A stretch of 64,000 nt of DNA, taken from a phage. The stretch lies in assembly GCA_033580375.1 (NCBI GenBank), contig GCA_033580375.1_4527.1. One strand, 5' to 3'. The notes beneath the pieces are model-generated. The model was not told the origin of the DNA, did not search any database, and worked only from the letters and a program-made list of their open reading frames with translations. Positions 10,510 through 19,088 of this stretch are shown in pieces (within the stretch, counting starts at the first letter, position 1; the number at the start of each line of letters is the position of its first letter). A program made the translations under genes and the position numbers.

Positions 10510-10523
10510 GGGCCTTCGGGCCC
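10510..10523 (+). promoter_or_regulatory. RNA stem-loop (GGGCC-UUCG-GGCCC) between genes 37 and 38, immediately 5' of the gene 38 Shine-Dalgarno
   Basis: Perfect 5-bp GC stem with UUCG loop; no U-tract; followed by tGGAGGttttt-ATG. Confidence 0.4.
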
Positions 10524-10534
10524 TGGAGGTTTTT

Positions 10535-11314
10535 ATGGCAGTAGTAGGAATACCTGGTTGGATTGGAACATCAGCAGTGGCTGAAACAGGTCAACGTTGG
10601 ATGTCAGCAGCTTCTAGAGAATTACGTCTAGGGAACCCATCTTGGATGTCACAATTCGCTGGACGTTCAAGAGAAATTATTCACACTCTTGGAGCAGACC
10701 ATAATTTTAATGGTCAATGGTTCCGTGACCGTTGTTTTGAAGCCGGTGGCGCTCCTATAGTGTTTAATATCACAGGCAACTTAGTATCATATTCTAAAGA
10801 CGTTCCTTTATTCTTCATGTATGGTGATACTCCTAACGAATATGTTACTTTGAATATTCATGGTGGTGTTCATATGTGGGGCCGAGGTGGTAATGGTAGC
10901 GTAAATGGAAGCCCAGGCACTAATGGTGGCGACGTAATCCAAAATGATATTGGTGGACGACTTCGCATTTGGAACTATGGCGTTATTGCATCAGGTGGCG
11001 GTGGCGGCGGTGCAGTGTCGTTAAAGAATAGCTGGGATGCGTATGCTACGGCTGGTGGCGGTGGTGGTAGACCATTTGGTCTCGGCGGTGCTGGCGTTAA
11101 TTGGCCTGGCGGCAATGCTAGTTATGACGCCCCGGGCGGCGCCGGTTACACTTCCCAATTCGGCGGAGGCAATGGCGGTGATGCTGGGGGCGCTGGTGGT
11201 GACGGATGGGGCAGTCACTTATCTAGATCTGGTGGTGGTGCTCCTGGTAGAGCAGTATTCGGAAGTTCACCTTCATGGGGTGCTACAGGCACAATCTATG
11301 GCTCCTGGATTTAA
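10535..11314 (+). CDS. 38: Receptor-recognising adhesin gp38 (T2-type, glycine-rich motifs)
   Basis: 259 aa; conserved N-terminal half ([11 protein letters not shown]...QRWMS...[41 protein letters not shown]) then poly-Gly islands ([29 protein letters not shown]) typical of T2/K3-type gp38. Confidence 0.85.
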   Translation: MAVVGIPGWIGTSAVAETGQRWMSAASRELRLGNPSWMSQFAGRSREIIHTLGADHNFNGQWFRDRCFEAGGAPIVFNITGNLVSYSKDVPLFFMYGDTPNEYVTLNIHGGVHMWGRGGNGSVNGSPGTNGGDVIQNDIGGRLRIWNYGVIASGGGGGGAVSLKNSWDAYATAGGGGGRPFGLGGAGVNWPGGNASYDAPGGAGYTSQFGGGNGGDAGGAGGDGWGSHLSRSGGGAPGRAVFGSSPSWGATGTIYGSWI

Positions 11315-11332
11315 ACGATAATACCTCTCAAT

Positions 11333-11340
11333 TATAAATA
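11333..11340 (+). promoter_or_regulatory. T4-type late promoter (TATAAATA) upstream of holin gene t
   Basis: TATAAATA about 20 nt upstream of the t start region. Confidence 0.5.
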
Positions 11341-11359
11341 TTGATAAATGGGAGGTAAT

Positions 11360-12019
11360 ATGGCAGCACCAAAAGTATCATTTTCGCCTAGTGATATTTT
11401 ATTTGGGTTGCTAGACCGCATTTTCAAAGATAACGCCTCTGGAAATATTCTTATTTCCAGAGTTGCTGTTGTAGTTCTTTTGTTCCTAATGGCACTAATA
11501 TGGTACAAAGGGAGTATTTTTATGGATTATTACGTGAGGTCGAAATATGATACTTACACAGAAGTAATTCAAAAAGAAAGAAATACACGATTTGAATCTG
11601 CGGCTTTAGAACAACTACAAATAGTCCACGTCACATCAAGGGCGGATTTTAGTTCGGTGTATTCTTTCAGACCTAAAAATCTAAATTATTTCGTCGACCT
11701 TATTGCGTATGAAGGTAAGTTACCTAGCACAGTAACTGAAAAATCTATGGGAGGATTTCCTGTCGATAAAACGACAGCAGAATATTCGGTCCATTTAAGT
11801 GGACTTCACTTTACTTCTAAAACAGATTTTGCTTTCTTACCTACCAAATCAAAAACTCCGGAACTGGCATATATGTATAGTTGTCCTTACTTCAATTTGG
11901 ATAACATATATGCTGGAACTGTTTCTATGTATTGGTACAAGGGGTCGGATGTGTTAAATGAAGAACGCTTGGCAGCAATATGCAACCAAGCAGCAAGGAT
12001 ATTAGGGCGGGCTAAATAA
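11360..12019 (+). CDS. t: Holin T (track ORF starts at 11348 but the GGAGG-spaced ATG at 11360 gives MAAPKVSFSPSDILFG... as in T4)
   Basis: Near-identity to remembered T4 holin T along whole length (SFSPSDILFG, RVAVV.LLF.MA, LEQLQIVH, YSFRPKNLNYFVD.IAYEGKLPST, YMYSCPYFNLDNIYAGT, AARILGRAK). Confidence 0.9.
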   Translation: MAAPKVSFSPSDILFGLLDRIFKDNASGNILISRVAVVVLLFLMALIWYKGSIFMDYYVRSKYDTYTEVIQKERNTRFESAALEQLQIVHVTSRADFSSVYSFRPKNLNYFVDLIAYEGKLPSTVTEKSMGGFPVDKTTAEYSVHLSGLHFTSKTDFAFLPTKSKTPELAYMYSCPYFNLDNIYAGTVSMYWYKGSDVLNEERLAAICNQAARILGRAK

Positions 12020-12292
12020 TTAGTTGTTAGAATACATCGTCAAATGGCGATAAATATTTTCAAAACCTTCATTGAATTCACTAATCAGTGTTTTCTTTTC
12101 TTCGGCAGTTAAATTTGTAATTAGTTTTCTGAACGAATTCTGATTTAGCTGTCGACCATCTTTTTTAATTCCAATCTCATTCAAGAATCCGATGAAATTT
12201 GCTCGGTCTTCAACAATATCTTCCCTCGAGAATTTAATCAAAATAGAAGCAACAGTAATAATTTCACGTACAATTTCAATATCTTTATTCAT
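12020..12292 (-). CDS. asiA: Anti-sigma70 factor AsiA
   Basis: 90 aa; MNK.I..VREIITVASILIKFSREDIVE.RANFI.FLNEIG...NQNSFRK...DEFNEGFE matches T4 AsiA. Confidence 0.9.
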   Translation of the reverse strand: MNKDIEIVREIITVASILIKFSREDIVEDRANFIGFLNEIGIKKDGRQLNQNSFRKLITNLTAEEKKTLISEFNEGFENIYRHLTMYSNN

Positions 12293-12338
12293 AACGTTTT
12301 ATTCATTCCATTTGGTTGATACGATTATAGTACCATTA

Positions 12339-12554
12339 TCAGTGTTGATTGTAAACAGCTTTTTCTACACTTTTAACGTAATCAGTGTAGTCTTCCTGTT
12401 CATACGAGTGTAAGGCCAAGAACATGGCTAATAGTTCATTATAGACTAAAGCCTCACGCTCACGTTCTGCCTCTACTACGTTCTGAAGATTATGGCTCAT
12501 ATCATTCCTTATAACTATCAATGTAGTCCTGTATGTCAAAGAATGACATTTCAT
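12339..12554 (-). CDS. hypothetical protein (start may be internal; overlaps next ORF)
   Basis: Track ORF, co-directional, in asiA-motA early region. Confidence 0.3.
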   Translation of the reverse strand: MKCHSLTYRTTLIVIRNDMSHNLQNVVEAEREREALVYNELLAMFLALHSYEQEDYTDYVKSVEKAVYNQH

Positions 12555-12789
12555 ATTCTAGGACATTAAGAGCCCGTTCTTCAGTATAGTCAGAACCAAA
12601 TACGATAGTGATTTCACCAGGCTTCATATGATTGAAATCGACACTAAAAGGAATACGAGAACATACTTCGTCTGCCATATCTGCAACAACACTACGATAT
12701 ACTTCTCGGTTAACCTGATAAAGCTCTGCAAGTTCTTCGCAACGAATAACAAGTTCAGTAGCAGGATTTTCTTTGATTTTAGTAAACAT
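12502..12789 (-). CDS. hypothetical acidic protein (possible Arn-like anti-restriction protein by position next to asiA)
   Basis: 95 aa, strongly acidic; T4 arn lies next to asiA. Positional guess only. Confidence 0.35.
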   Translation of the reverse strand: MFTKIKENPATELVIRCEELAELYQVNREVYRSVVADMADEVCSRIPFSVDFNHMKPGEITIVFGSDYTEERALNVLEYEMSFFDIQDYIDSYKE

Positions 12790-12863
12790 AGTCTTTACCC
12801 TTATGTTTTTGTTTACGCTTAGATTGAAGTTCCGATTTCTTCTTGTCCTTATGGACAGAAGCC

Positions 12864-13091
12864 TTATTGAAATCGTGTTTTGCTACAAGATTGTTCATAA
12901 TGATTTATAACCTCATTTAAACATTTATCGGTAAAAGAAAACTTTTTAGCCACAGAACATTCGATAATGTGTTCTTTCAAATCTTTAGAGTCGGTATAAC
13001 CCATCTCAGTAATAAAGTGGCGAATTAAAGCTTTATTCTTATCATTAACAGAATTAAAATAATCTGCTTTAGAATCAATTATTCTCATCAT
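12864..13091 (-). CDS. hypothetical protein
   Basis: Track ORF, co-directional. Confidence 0.35.
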   Translation of the reverse strand: MMRIIDSKADYFNSVNDKNKALIRHFITEMGYTDSKDLKEHIIECSVAKKFSFTDKCLNEVINHYEQSCSKTRFQ

Positions 13092-13356
13092 CTAATTTCC
13101 TTAATTGATATTGCAACGAGCTAATAATTTCTTCGTTCATTTTAATATACATGTCACGCAAGAAAGGTTTTAACCCTTCACGAATAATTGCTAATGTATC
13201 ACCTTTACATAAATTAACCAAATAAGGATGATCTAAAGCGTCCCAACCAGGCTGATTAGCATACATGCCATAGTTTTCTTCCATCATATGATTAAGACGT
13301 TTGATATCTTGGATACGTGATTCAATAGCATCTTTCTGGAGTTGTTTAATATTCAT
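13075..13356 (-). CDS. hypothetical protein
   Basis: Track ORF, co-directional, start abuts next ORF stop. Confidence 0.4.
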   Translation of the reverse strand: MNIKQLQKDAIESRIQDIKRLNHMMEENYGMYANQPGWDALDHPYLVNLCKGDTLAIIREGLKPFLRDMYIKMNEEIISSLQYQLRKLDDENN

Positions 13357-13817
13357 TAATAAAGGTCCTCTGAATAAAGTTCTTTCTCACTTCCACCACG
13401 TTCAATACGCACCTGTCCAGCATACGTTGCAATAATCATTGCTTCTTCGCGCGTCCAGTAATTAGAGTATTGGTCAATAAAGCCTTGGTCGTCACCACAA
13501 ACTTGTTGCGAGACTAATTGAGGACCAACTATATCAAGTACTTCAGCCATATCTTTAGAGTAATGACGAACTCCAGGAATAACCAGAGTTCCACCACTCT
13601 TCAATTTAAACCTATTAGCTGCACATACTATAACACGTTGAACTTTTTGGTCATTATTCCAATAACACGTTTGCCAACAGATTTCAGGAACTTCATTCAT
13701 TATATCATCAGCAGAATAATTATAACCGTAGGACTGGAATTTTTCTGCTAGACTTTCAGGAGTCTCACGAGACAAGGCCAAATCTAATAGCTCTAAACGT
13801 TCTTTAAATGATTTCAT
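13356..13817 (-). CDS. hypothetical protein
   Basis: 153-aa track ORF with ATGA-type overlap to neighbours. Confidence 0.45.
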   Translation of the reverse strand: MKSFKERLELLDLALSRETPESLAEKFQSYGYNYSADDIMNEVPEICWQTCYWNNDQKVQRVIVCAANRFKLKSGGTLVIPGVRHYSKDMAEVLDIVGPQLVSQQVCGDDQGFIDQYSNYWTREEAMIIATYAGQVRIERGGSEKELYSEDLY

Positions 13818-14143
13818 TTAAACCATTCCTTAATACGTTGCCAAATAGATTTTTGTGCTTGTTTATTTACACCAATCGAACGAATAACAGGTTGTGACTG
13901 CTGATATTCTTTATAATCTTCTTTATAGATTTCGTAAGCCGCATCAACAAATGAACTGATCGCTGCCATGTAGTTTTTACGAAGGCCAAATGGCGCATCA
14001 TTATTTTCACGAATAACCGTATATTGGCCTGCTTTAATCTTTACAATTGTCCCTAAATAAGCCCCGTGGTACCAAATATCCCATCCTTCCTGAGTAGGTT
14101 CTGCACATTTACGAAGTTCGTTAATAATATTCAGCTTATTCAT
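13814..14143 (-). CDS. hypothetical protein
   Basis: 109-aa track ORF immediately downstream of motA. Confidence 0.45.
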   Translation of the reverse strand: MNKLNIINELRKCAEPTQEGWDIWYHGAYLGTIVKIKAGQYTVIRENNDAPFGLRKNYMAAISSFVDAAYEIYKEDYKEYQQSQPVIRSIGVNKQAQKSIWQRIKEWFK

Positions 14144-14153
14144 TATGTATTCC

Positions 14154-14786
14154 TCACAGTACGTTAGTTACAAGGGTAATGATTTCTTTGGACACATTAG
14201 GGAAGTCAATGTAAGTATATTTACCACCGATCTTAATCTTAACATCATTTTCAAGAGAAGTAAACAGCTTTGATTCAGTTTCTGACATGTTGTATGCAAA
14301 GATTCTAAGAGCGCCGTCTCGTCGAATTTCAATTTGGCGAATGCCTAGAACTCGTTTTGCAAATCGAACTTCTAAGTTACTACGGTTTTCACCAATTTCT
14401 TTAACTTCAACTTTATCTTTAATATTTTCAAAAACAAAGTTTGCTAATTCATGCATTTCAGGAGTAACTCCACGTGCTTTTCTGGTGTTACGTTTCTGAA
14501 GAAGTTCTGGAGCATTTTCTTGAGCAAATAGGTCTGCAGCTTTTTGGATAATATCCATTGCTTCGCCGGTTGCCACAAGTCCATCACCAGATTTTTCGAC
14601 TAAACCTTTCTTAATCAATACACCAATGTTAGAGTTAACAACTGATGCATTGTATTCTGCTTCCAGAGCTTCACGGACATTGGCAGCAGTGGTGAAGTTG
14701 TTCTTAATGATATAAACCATTATTGCAGCAGTTTTTTCATTCAGAGCGTTTTCAGAAGCTTTGATGATGTAAGTAACTTTAGACAT
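14154..14786 (-). CDS. motA: Middle-transcription activator MotA
   Basis: 210 aa (T4 MotA 211 aa); position between asiA region and gene 52; preceded by early promoter. Confidence 0.8.
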   Translation of the reverse strand: MSKVTYIIKASENALNEKTAAIMVYIIKNNFTTAANVREALEAEYNASVVNSNIGVLIKKGLVEKSGDGLVATGEAMDIIQKAADLFAQENAPELLQKRNTRKARGVTPEMHELANFVFENIKDKVEVKEIGENRSNLEVRFAKRVLGIRQIEIRRDGALRIFAYNMSETESKLFTSLENDVKIKIGGKYTYIDFPNVSKEIITLVTNVL

Positions 14787-14823
14787 TTTATTTCTCCAAA
14801 TTAGTATTTGTTTTGATAGGTCT

Positions 14824-14852
14824 ATAATATCACGTTTGAAGCAAAAGTAAAC
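14824..14852 (-). promoter_or_regulatory. T4 early-type sigma70 promoter (GTTTAC-17 nt-TATTAT on minus strand) upstream of motA
   Basis: Minus strand reads GTTTACttttgcttcaaacgtgaTATTAT about 38 nt upstream of motA ATG. Confidence 0.5.
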
Positions 14853-14889
14853 TTTATTTTGGGCTCTTTTTCAAAAGCCCTGGTAAAAT

Positions 14890-15105
14890 TTACAAACTCA
14901 TTTCTTTAATAAGGCCAATAAGTTTTGCCTTTTTAGAACGAAGCTTTTCTAAATGATATCCGTTTGAACCGCGAACAACTAAAGAATTGATTTCAACTTC
15001 TAAGAAATTTAATTCTTCAACAAGTGCTTTACGGGGAGCATTCATACCAGGTTTAACTTTACCAAAACGAGTAGTTGTGTTTTGGGTTAATTTCATTTTA
15101 GACAT
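14890..15105 (-). CDS. hypothetical protein (52.1-like position)
   Basis: 71-aa ORF with its own copy of the motA promoter/leader module. Confidence 0.4.
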   Translation of the reverse strand: MSKMKLTQNTTTRFGKVKPGMNAPRKALVEELNFLEVEINSLVVRGSNGYHLEKLRSKKAKLIGLIKEMSL

Positions 15106-15144
15106 TTTATTTCTCCAATTTGGTTGTTTTGTTTTGATAGGTCT

Positions 15145-15173
15145 ATAATATCACGTTTGAAGCACATGTAAAC
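15145..15173 (-). promoter_or_regulatory. T4 early-type promoter, near-duplicate of the motA promoter
   Basis: Same GTTTAC-17-TATTAT module and leader (agacattttatttctccaa) as at 14781-14852. Confidence 0.5.
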
Positions 15174-15180
15174 TGTTTTG

Positions 15181-15214
15181 TGAAAAAAATGCACAAAAGG
15201 GAGCCGAAGCTCCC
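15181..15214 (-). terminator. Intrinsic terminator (GGGAGC-UUCG-GCUCCC + U-tract, minus strand) downstream of gene 52
   Basis: Perfect hairpin with UUCG loop on minus strand followed by TTTTGTGCATTTTTTT. Confidence 0.55.
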
Positions 15215-15290
15215 TAATCGCGATTGTCCAACCAATACAGCCAAATCACTAGTGCAGCTATTGCACCGAGAAATCCTAAGGCTAGGGCAC

Positions 15291-16616
15291 TCAAAGTGCC
15301 TCCAAGTCTTTAGTGTACTCTGTCACAACATCAGTAGACTTCCAATACTCGTTTTCTTCTTTCTTAGCTTTAGCTTCTTCTGCTAGTTTACGTGCTTCGT
15401 CGGAAGTGATATGGAAGATGTTAAGACCTACCAGTTTATCGACATGTTCTTTATACATTTCGATTTGTGCTAGCTCTTCAGTCAAAGCTTTACGGGTCTT
15501 GCCTTGAATCACAATTTCGCCACTGATAACTTTTTTGATGAAGTGTGCCTTAGCAAAAGCAAGTTTAAATGCTTTTTCAGATTCAAGGATTTTGTTGTCA
15601 ATACGTTTCTGAACGTAAGTCTTACGGACTTCAACAAAATCTTTGATTAAGTCTACTACATTATCATAGACCGCTAATTTACCCTTTTCATTAATCACTG
15701 TGATGTTTTGTGAACGACGTTCGATGAGACTAAAATCTTTCATGATTTTTTCATGACGTAGCTCTTCATCATCAGGAAGCGAGTACTCTTTACGGAACTT
15801 CACCTTAAACCCAAAGCCGTGTTCACCACAATCGTCTTCCCATGAGATTAGTCCTTTGTCTTCCAACGGGTCAAGAACCTTACTCACATACGTTTCACGG
15901 TCGAATTTATATGGGATTTCAGTTATCTGCATTTGAGTGCGAGATGTGAACTTATATGTTCCGTGAATCTCATAACGCCCATCAACTTCATGTACTTCAC
16001 CACGGAATTCCGGGAATTCAACTTTTGGCTTAGTGACATTTTTACCTTGAAGAGCTTGTAATACTGCCTTTTTGACAGATTTAAAACTATGAGGCAGAAT
16101 ATTTGTTGCGTAACCGGTTGCAATACCGGAGACACCATTCAAAAGAACTGTCGGAATAATAGGAAGATAGAATTTTGGTGGAACGTGTTCTTTATCTTCA
16201 TGAGCTGGAGCATATTCAGTATCTTTATAGACATTATAGAAATTTTTACTTACACGAGCAAAAATATAACGAGATGCTGCAGCTTTTTGGACTGTTCTAG
16301 AACCAAAGTTGCCTTGGCCATCTAACAGTGGATAGTTGTTGTTCCATGTGTTAGCCATCAATGCGCCTGCATCTTGTGCAGAAGATTCACCATGGTGATA
16401 ACCTAAATCTGCAACACCACCCGCAATTGACGCAAGTTTATGAAATTTTTCTTTATTACCACGAGCCAAATCTAATGCACGATGAACCACAAAACGTTGA
16501 ACCGGCTTAAATCCATCAATCATATTTGGGATTGCACGGTTTTCAACGGTGTACATCGCGTATGCTAAGGCTTCGTTATCAATAATACTTTTTAGATTAC
16601 GAGAATTCAATTGCAT
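15291..16616 (-). CDS. 52: DNA topoisomerase II medium subunit gp52 (GyrA-like)
   Basis: 441 aa (T4 gp52 442 aa); position after motA; N-terminal region typical of type II topoisomerase A subunit. Confidence 0.85.
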   Translation of the reverse strand: MQLNSRNLKSIIDNEALAYAMYTVENRAIPNMIDGFKPVQRFVVHRALDLARGNKEKFHKLASIAGGVADLGYHHGESSAQDAGALMANTWNNNYPLLDGQGNFGSRTVQKAAASRYIFARVSKNFYNVYKDTEYAPAHEDKEHVPPKFYLPIIPTVLLNGVSGIATGYATNILPHSFKSVKKAVLQALQGKNVTKPKVEFPEFRGEVHEVDGRYEIHGTYKFTSRTQMQITEIPYKFDRETYVSKVLDPLEDKGLISWEDDCGEHGFGFKVKFRKEYSLPDDEELRHEKIMKDFSLIERRSQNITVINEKGKLAVYDNVVDLIKDFVEVRKTYVQKRIDNKILESEKAFKLAFAKAHFIKKVISGEIVIQGKTRKALTEELAQIEMYKEHVDKLVGLNIFHITSDEARKLAEEAKAKKEENEYWKSTDVVTEYTKDLEAL

Positions 16617-16760
16617 ATTTTCACCATATTAATGAACGAATAATCATTATAACATCTGAAATGAAAAGCACTACTTGGATTAGTCCAAACATCACACCGT
16701 AGTACAGAACCGTAAGCAACAACAAGAGCCCGAAGGCTCCTGCTAAGATGTTCTTAATCA

Positions 16761-16907
16761 TTACTCGCCTTTTAACACGTTAATAAGAGCTAAGACCGCT
16801 AAGGTACCTTGTGATACGGCCTGTTGAAATACTGTTGTTTCGCCCGTAACTAAAGTGTTAACGAATAAAAACGACCAACACAGCAATGCAATAATCCATG
16901 CTACCAT
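16761..16907 (-). CDS. small hydrophobic membrane protein (ac-like position), ~48 aa; coordinates approximate
   Basis: Hand-found ORF MVAWIIALLCWSFLFVNTLVTGETTVFQQAVSQGTLAVLALINVLKGE between gene 52 and ndd, where T4 has ac/stp. Below track size cutoff. Confidence 0.3.
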   Translation of the reverse strand: MVAWIIALLCWSFLFVNTLVTGETTVFQQAVSQGTLAVLALINVLKGE

Positions 16908-16959
16908 TTTAATTACCTCAAAAATAAATTAAAGGCCTAACTTAATAGGTCCGTATAAA

Positions 16960-17406
16960 TTAGTAACTCTGCAGAATGAATTTGAAATTATCAGCCAGAA
17001 GACGGTTCATTTCAGTGAGTGTTTGATATTCTGACGTATGGTTGCGAGTGAATGCCAGAGCCAATTGACCTTTACCATAACCAGTAGTCAGTGGTTTCAT
17101 GTTCTTAGCTGCAACAAAGATTACATCATATTCAGTATTGTTAGTGGCCATGGTACGAGCTAGTTGTGAACGGCCTTGACGAATGTGAGAAAGAATTGCA
17201 TCTAACCCTTGTTTAGAACGTTGACGTCCTACAAAGAATCGTGCTGCTACTTGACGCCAGTCAGATGAACCTTTAACGAAGAAGTAAAAACCTTCACGAG
17301 AACGAAACTCTTTAGAAACTTCAGAACCGTATTCGCCATTACGAACTACTGCAACAACTTCACCGCCAACTTCCAGAAGGTCTTTACGAGTTAAATATTT
17401 GGACAT
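16960..17406 (-). CDS. ndd: Nucleoid disruption protein Ndd
   Basis: 148 aa; FY.GNQRSKQG..A.LSHIRQ.RSQLART.A.NN..Y.V...[42 protein letters not shown] matches remembered T4 Ndd. Confidence 0.85.
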   Translation of the reverse strand: MSKYLTRKDLLEVGGEVVAVVRNGEYGSEVSKEFRSREGFYFFVKGSSDWRQVAARFFVGRQRSKQGLDAILSHIRQGRSQLARTMATNNTEYDVIFVAAKNMKPLTTGYGKGQLALAFTRNHTSEYQTLTEMNRLLADNFKFILQSY

Positions 17407-17482
17407 GCTAATTTCCTCAATTGATTAATGTTTTTGTAATCCATGAGAGCATTATACTCTGCTCTCAAGAGTTTGTACAATT

Positions 17483-17683
17483 TTATTCGGCTATATCAGA
17501 ACGTTCAAAAAGCTCTTCAACAGTTAAACATTCAGTGTCATCTTCAATAAAGAATCGAGTCCAACACGTTGGGGCGATACAGTTATGAGTTTGTCCGGCG
17601 ATAGAAGCTACACGAATAAGCTGCTGACCATTATTCAGAACAAATTTTTCGCCAATTTCAACATCTTTAAAAAGCTTAGCCAT
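17483..17683 (-). CDS. hypothetical protein
   Basis: 66-aa track ORF with Cys pairs. Confidence 0.35.
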   Translation of the reverse strand: MAKLFKDVEIGEKFVLNNGQQLIRVASIAGQTHNCIAPTCWTRFFIEDDTECLTVEELFERSDIAE

Positions 17684-17933
17684 TTTGTGTTCCTCATGTT
17701 TCAGTAAGACTACTATACTATAATCCTACCGTGATGTAAACAATTAAATTACATTAAAATATGTTAAAGCCAACCATGTTCCAGTGAACGAACATGCAAT
17801 GTAAAAAACCGTATCACAAATTGTTTTTAGTACAATAAGAAGTGCATTTTTCATAAGTACCTCAATGCAATTGAAAATATTATACAAATCATAGGGATAC
17901 TAAGCAACCATATTCCGATCCACATTTTAGAGC

Positions 17934-18197
17934 TCATATCTCAACTTCCGCGAGTTCCATATATCCTTTGCTGATAACCTCTTTAAGGTCTTTAGAAAGA
18001 ATAACATCAAAATGGTCGTTCATATGTCCATTAACCAGACGAGTTATTTCGGCTTCAGATGACATATAAGGCACGTCCGAGTCCCAATGAGATAGGCCTA
18101 AATGGGTATAAATCATCCCTTCGTCGTCTGCAGTGTTGTACATTGAAACAAACTCACCTGTCACTTTATGTTTTGCGTAGAAAAATTTAAATTTCAT
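17934..18197 (-). CDS. hypothetical protein
   Basis: 87-aa track ORF downstream of denB. Confidence 0.4.
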   Translation of the reverse strand: MKFKFFYAKHKVTGEFVSMYNTADDEGMIYTHLGLSHWDSDVPYMSSEAEITRLVNGHMNDHFDVILSKDLKEVISKGYMELAEVEI

Positions 18198-18265
18198 GAT
18201 GTTATCCTCTTTTAGATAGGACTACTGTATCATAGTCCTACTTAGTTGTAAACACTTTTATGAAA

Positions 18266-18823
18266 TTAAAGTTGAAGATACCACCCGTTGTAGTTGCTCT
18301 TGCGGACGATTTTCTTTAGGTCTTCATGGTCTCCCACGAACTTTATAGAATAAGAGAAGACGTCAGGTGAGGTTTCTTTGACATTCAATATAATAATACA
18401 GTCTGCAACTCGATGATTCAGGAATGGCCCTATGTTGATTCCGTTGCCACCCGGATAATCACCACTGTATCCTGTGGTAACAGAAATCCATTTAGAATCC
18501 ATCTGATGTGTCTTGACTTCTACACGAATTCCACAATATTTGGGATGGGCTAACACGTCCCATGCATATGTGTACGGGTCTTCTACGTCTTCATTACCTT
18601 TATTAACATATCCGTCTAGCCAATTTGCTACTACATACTCTGCAAAGACTGCAACCTTACAACGTCGAACTACATCTTCTTTGTTTTGGTCTGGATTTTG
18701 GCTCAATGAATACCGAGCAGTGTCAGCAATCTTCACTTTCATTTCACTAGTCAAAAACTCATTCGACAGGATAAATGTCGGAAGATTCTTCAGTCTCAAC
18801 AGTCCCAAGTTCGTCTTTACCAT
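18266..18823 (-). CDS. denB: Endonuclease IV DenB-like (start taken at internal Met giving 185 aa)
   Basis: Position between ndd and rIIB as in T4; internal-start length equals T4 DenB (185 aa). Positional/size inference. Confidence 0.5.
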   Translation of the reverse strand: MVKTNLGLLRLKNLPTFILSNEFLTSEMKVKIADTARYSLSQNPDQNKEDVVRRCKVAVFAEYVVANWLDGYVNKGNEDVEDPYTYAWDVLAHPKYCGIRVEVKTHQMDSKWISVTTGYSGDYPGGNGINIGPFLNHRVADCIIILNVKETSPDVFSYSIKFVGDHEDLKKIVRKSNYNGWYLQL

Positions 18824-19046
18824 AGATACCTCTGATGTGTAGTTCGCCAAAATAAATGCGGTCTCCTTCTTCAAGATAGTTAGCATCTACCGGTGGGATT
18901 TCAATAACAACTTCGTCGCATTCTAACCAGCCATAGTGTGCATCACCAGGATGTTTTACCAATTTAGCACAATAAACTGATTTACACTTATGATGACCAC
19001 GAAGATTAGCAATTTTGGATTCTGATACGTCAAATGGATGAATCAT
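18759..19046 (-). CDS. hypothetical protein (start uncertain)
   Basis: Track ORF 18759..19085; upstream part overlaps a terminator hairpin so a later start is assumed. Confidence 0.3.
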   Translation of the reverse strand: MIHPFDVSESKIANLRGHHKCKSVYCAKLVKHPGDAHYGWLECDEVVIEIPPVDANYLEEGDRIYFGELHIRGIYGKDELGTVETEESSDIYPVE

Positions 19047-19060
19047 AATTACCCCTAAAG

Positions 19061-19083
19061 AAAAAAAGGGGACCGAAGTCCCC
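19061..19083 (-). terminator. Intrinsic terminator (GGGGAC-UUCG-GUCCCC + U7, minus strand) downstream of rIIB
   Basis: Perfect hairpin with UUCG loop followed by seven U on the minus strand, 5 nt after rIIB stop. Confidence 0.6.
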
Positions 19084-19088
19084 AATTA

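Noticed and set aside
10960-11230. GGT/GGC-rich low-complexity DNA (glycine islands of gp38), considered as a possible simple repeat or CRISPR-like array
   Set aside because: Irregular spacing, no direct repeats with unique spacers; it is coding sequence for the poly-glycine linkers of the gp38 adhesin. The overlapping ORFs 11021..11218 (-) and 11037..11321 (+) are frame artefacts of the same region.
11348-11359. Upstream ATG giving a 223-aa holin with MGGN extension
   Set aside because: This ATG sits inside the Shine-Dalgarno (GGGAGG) of the downstream ATG; T4 holin begins MAAP..., so the 11360 start is preferred.
15313-16325. Several plus-strand ORFs (64-78 aa) inside gene 52
   Set aside because: Antisense to topoisomerase gene; no independent support.
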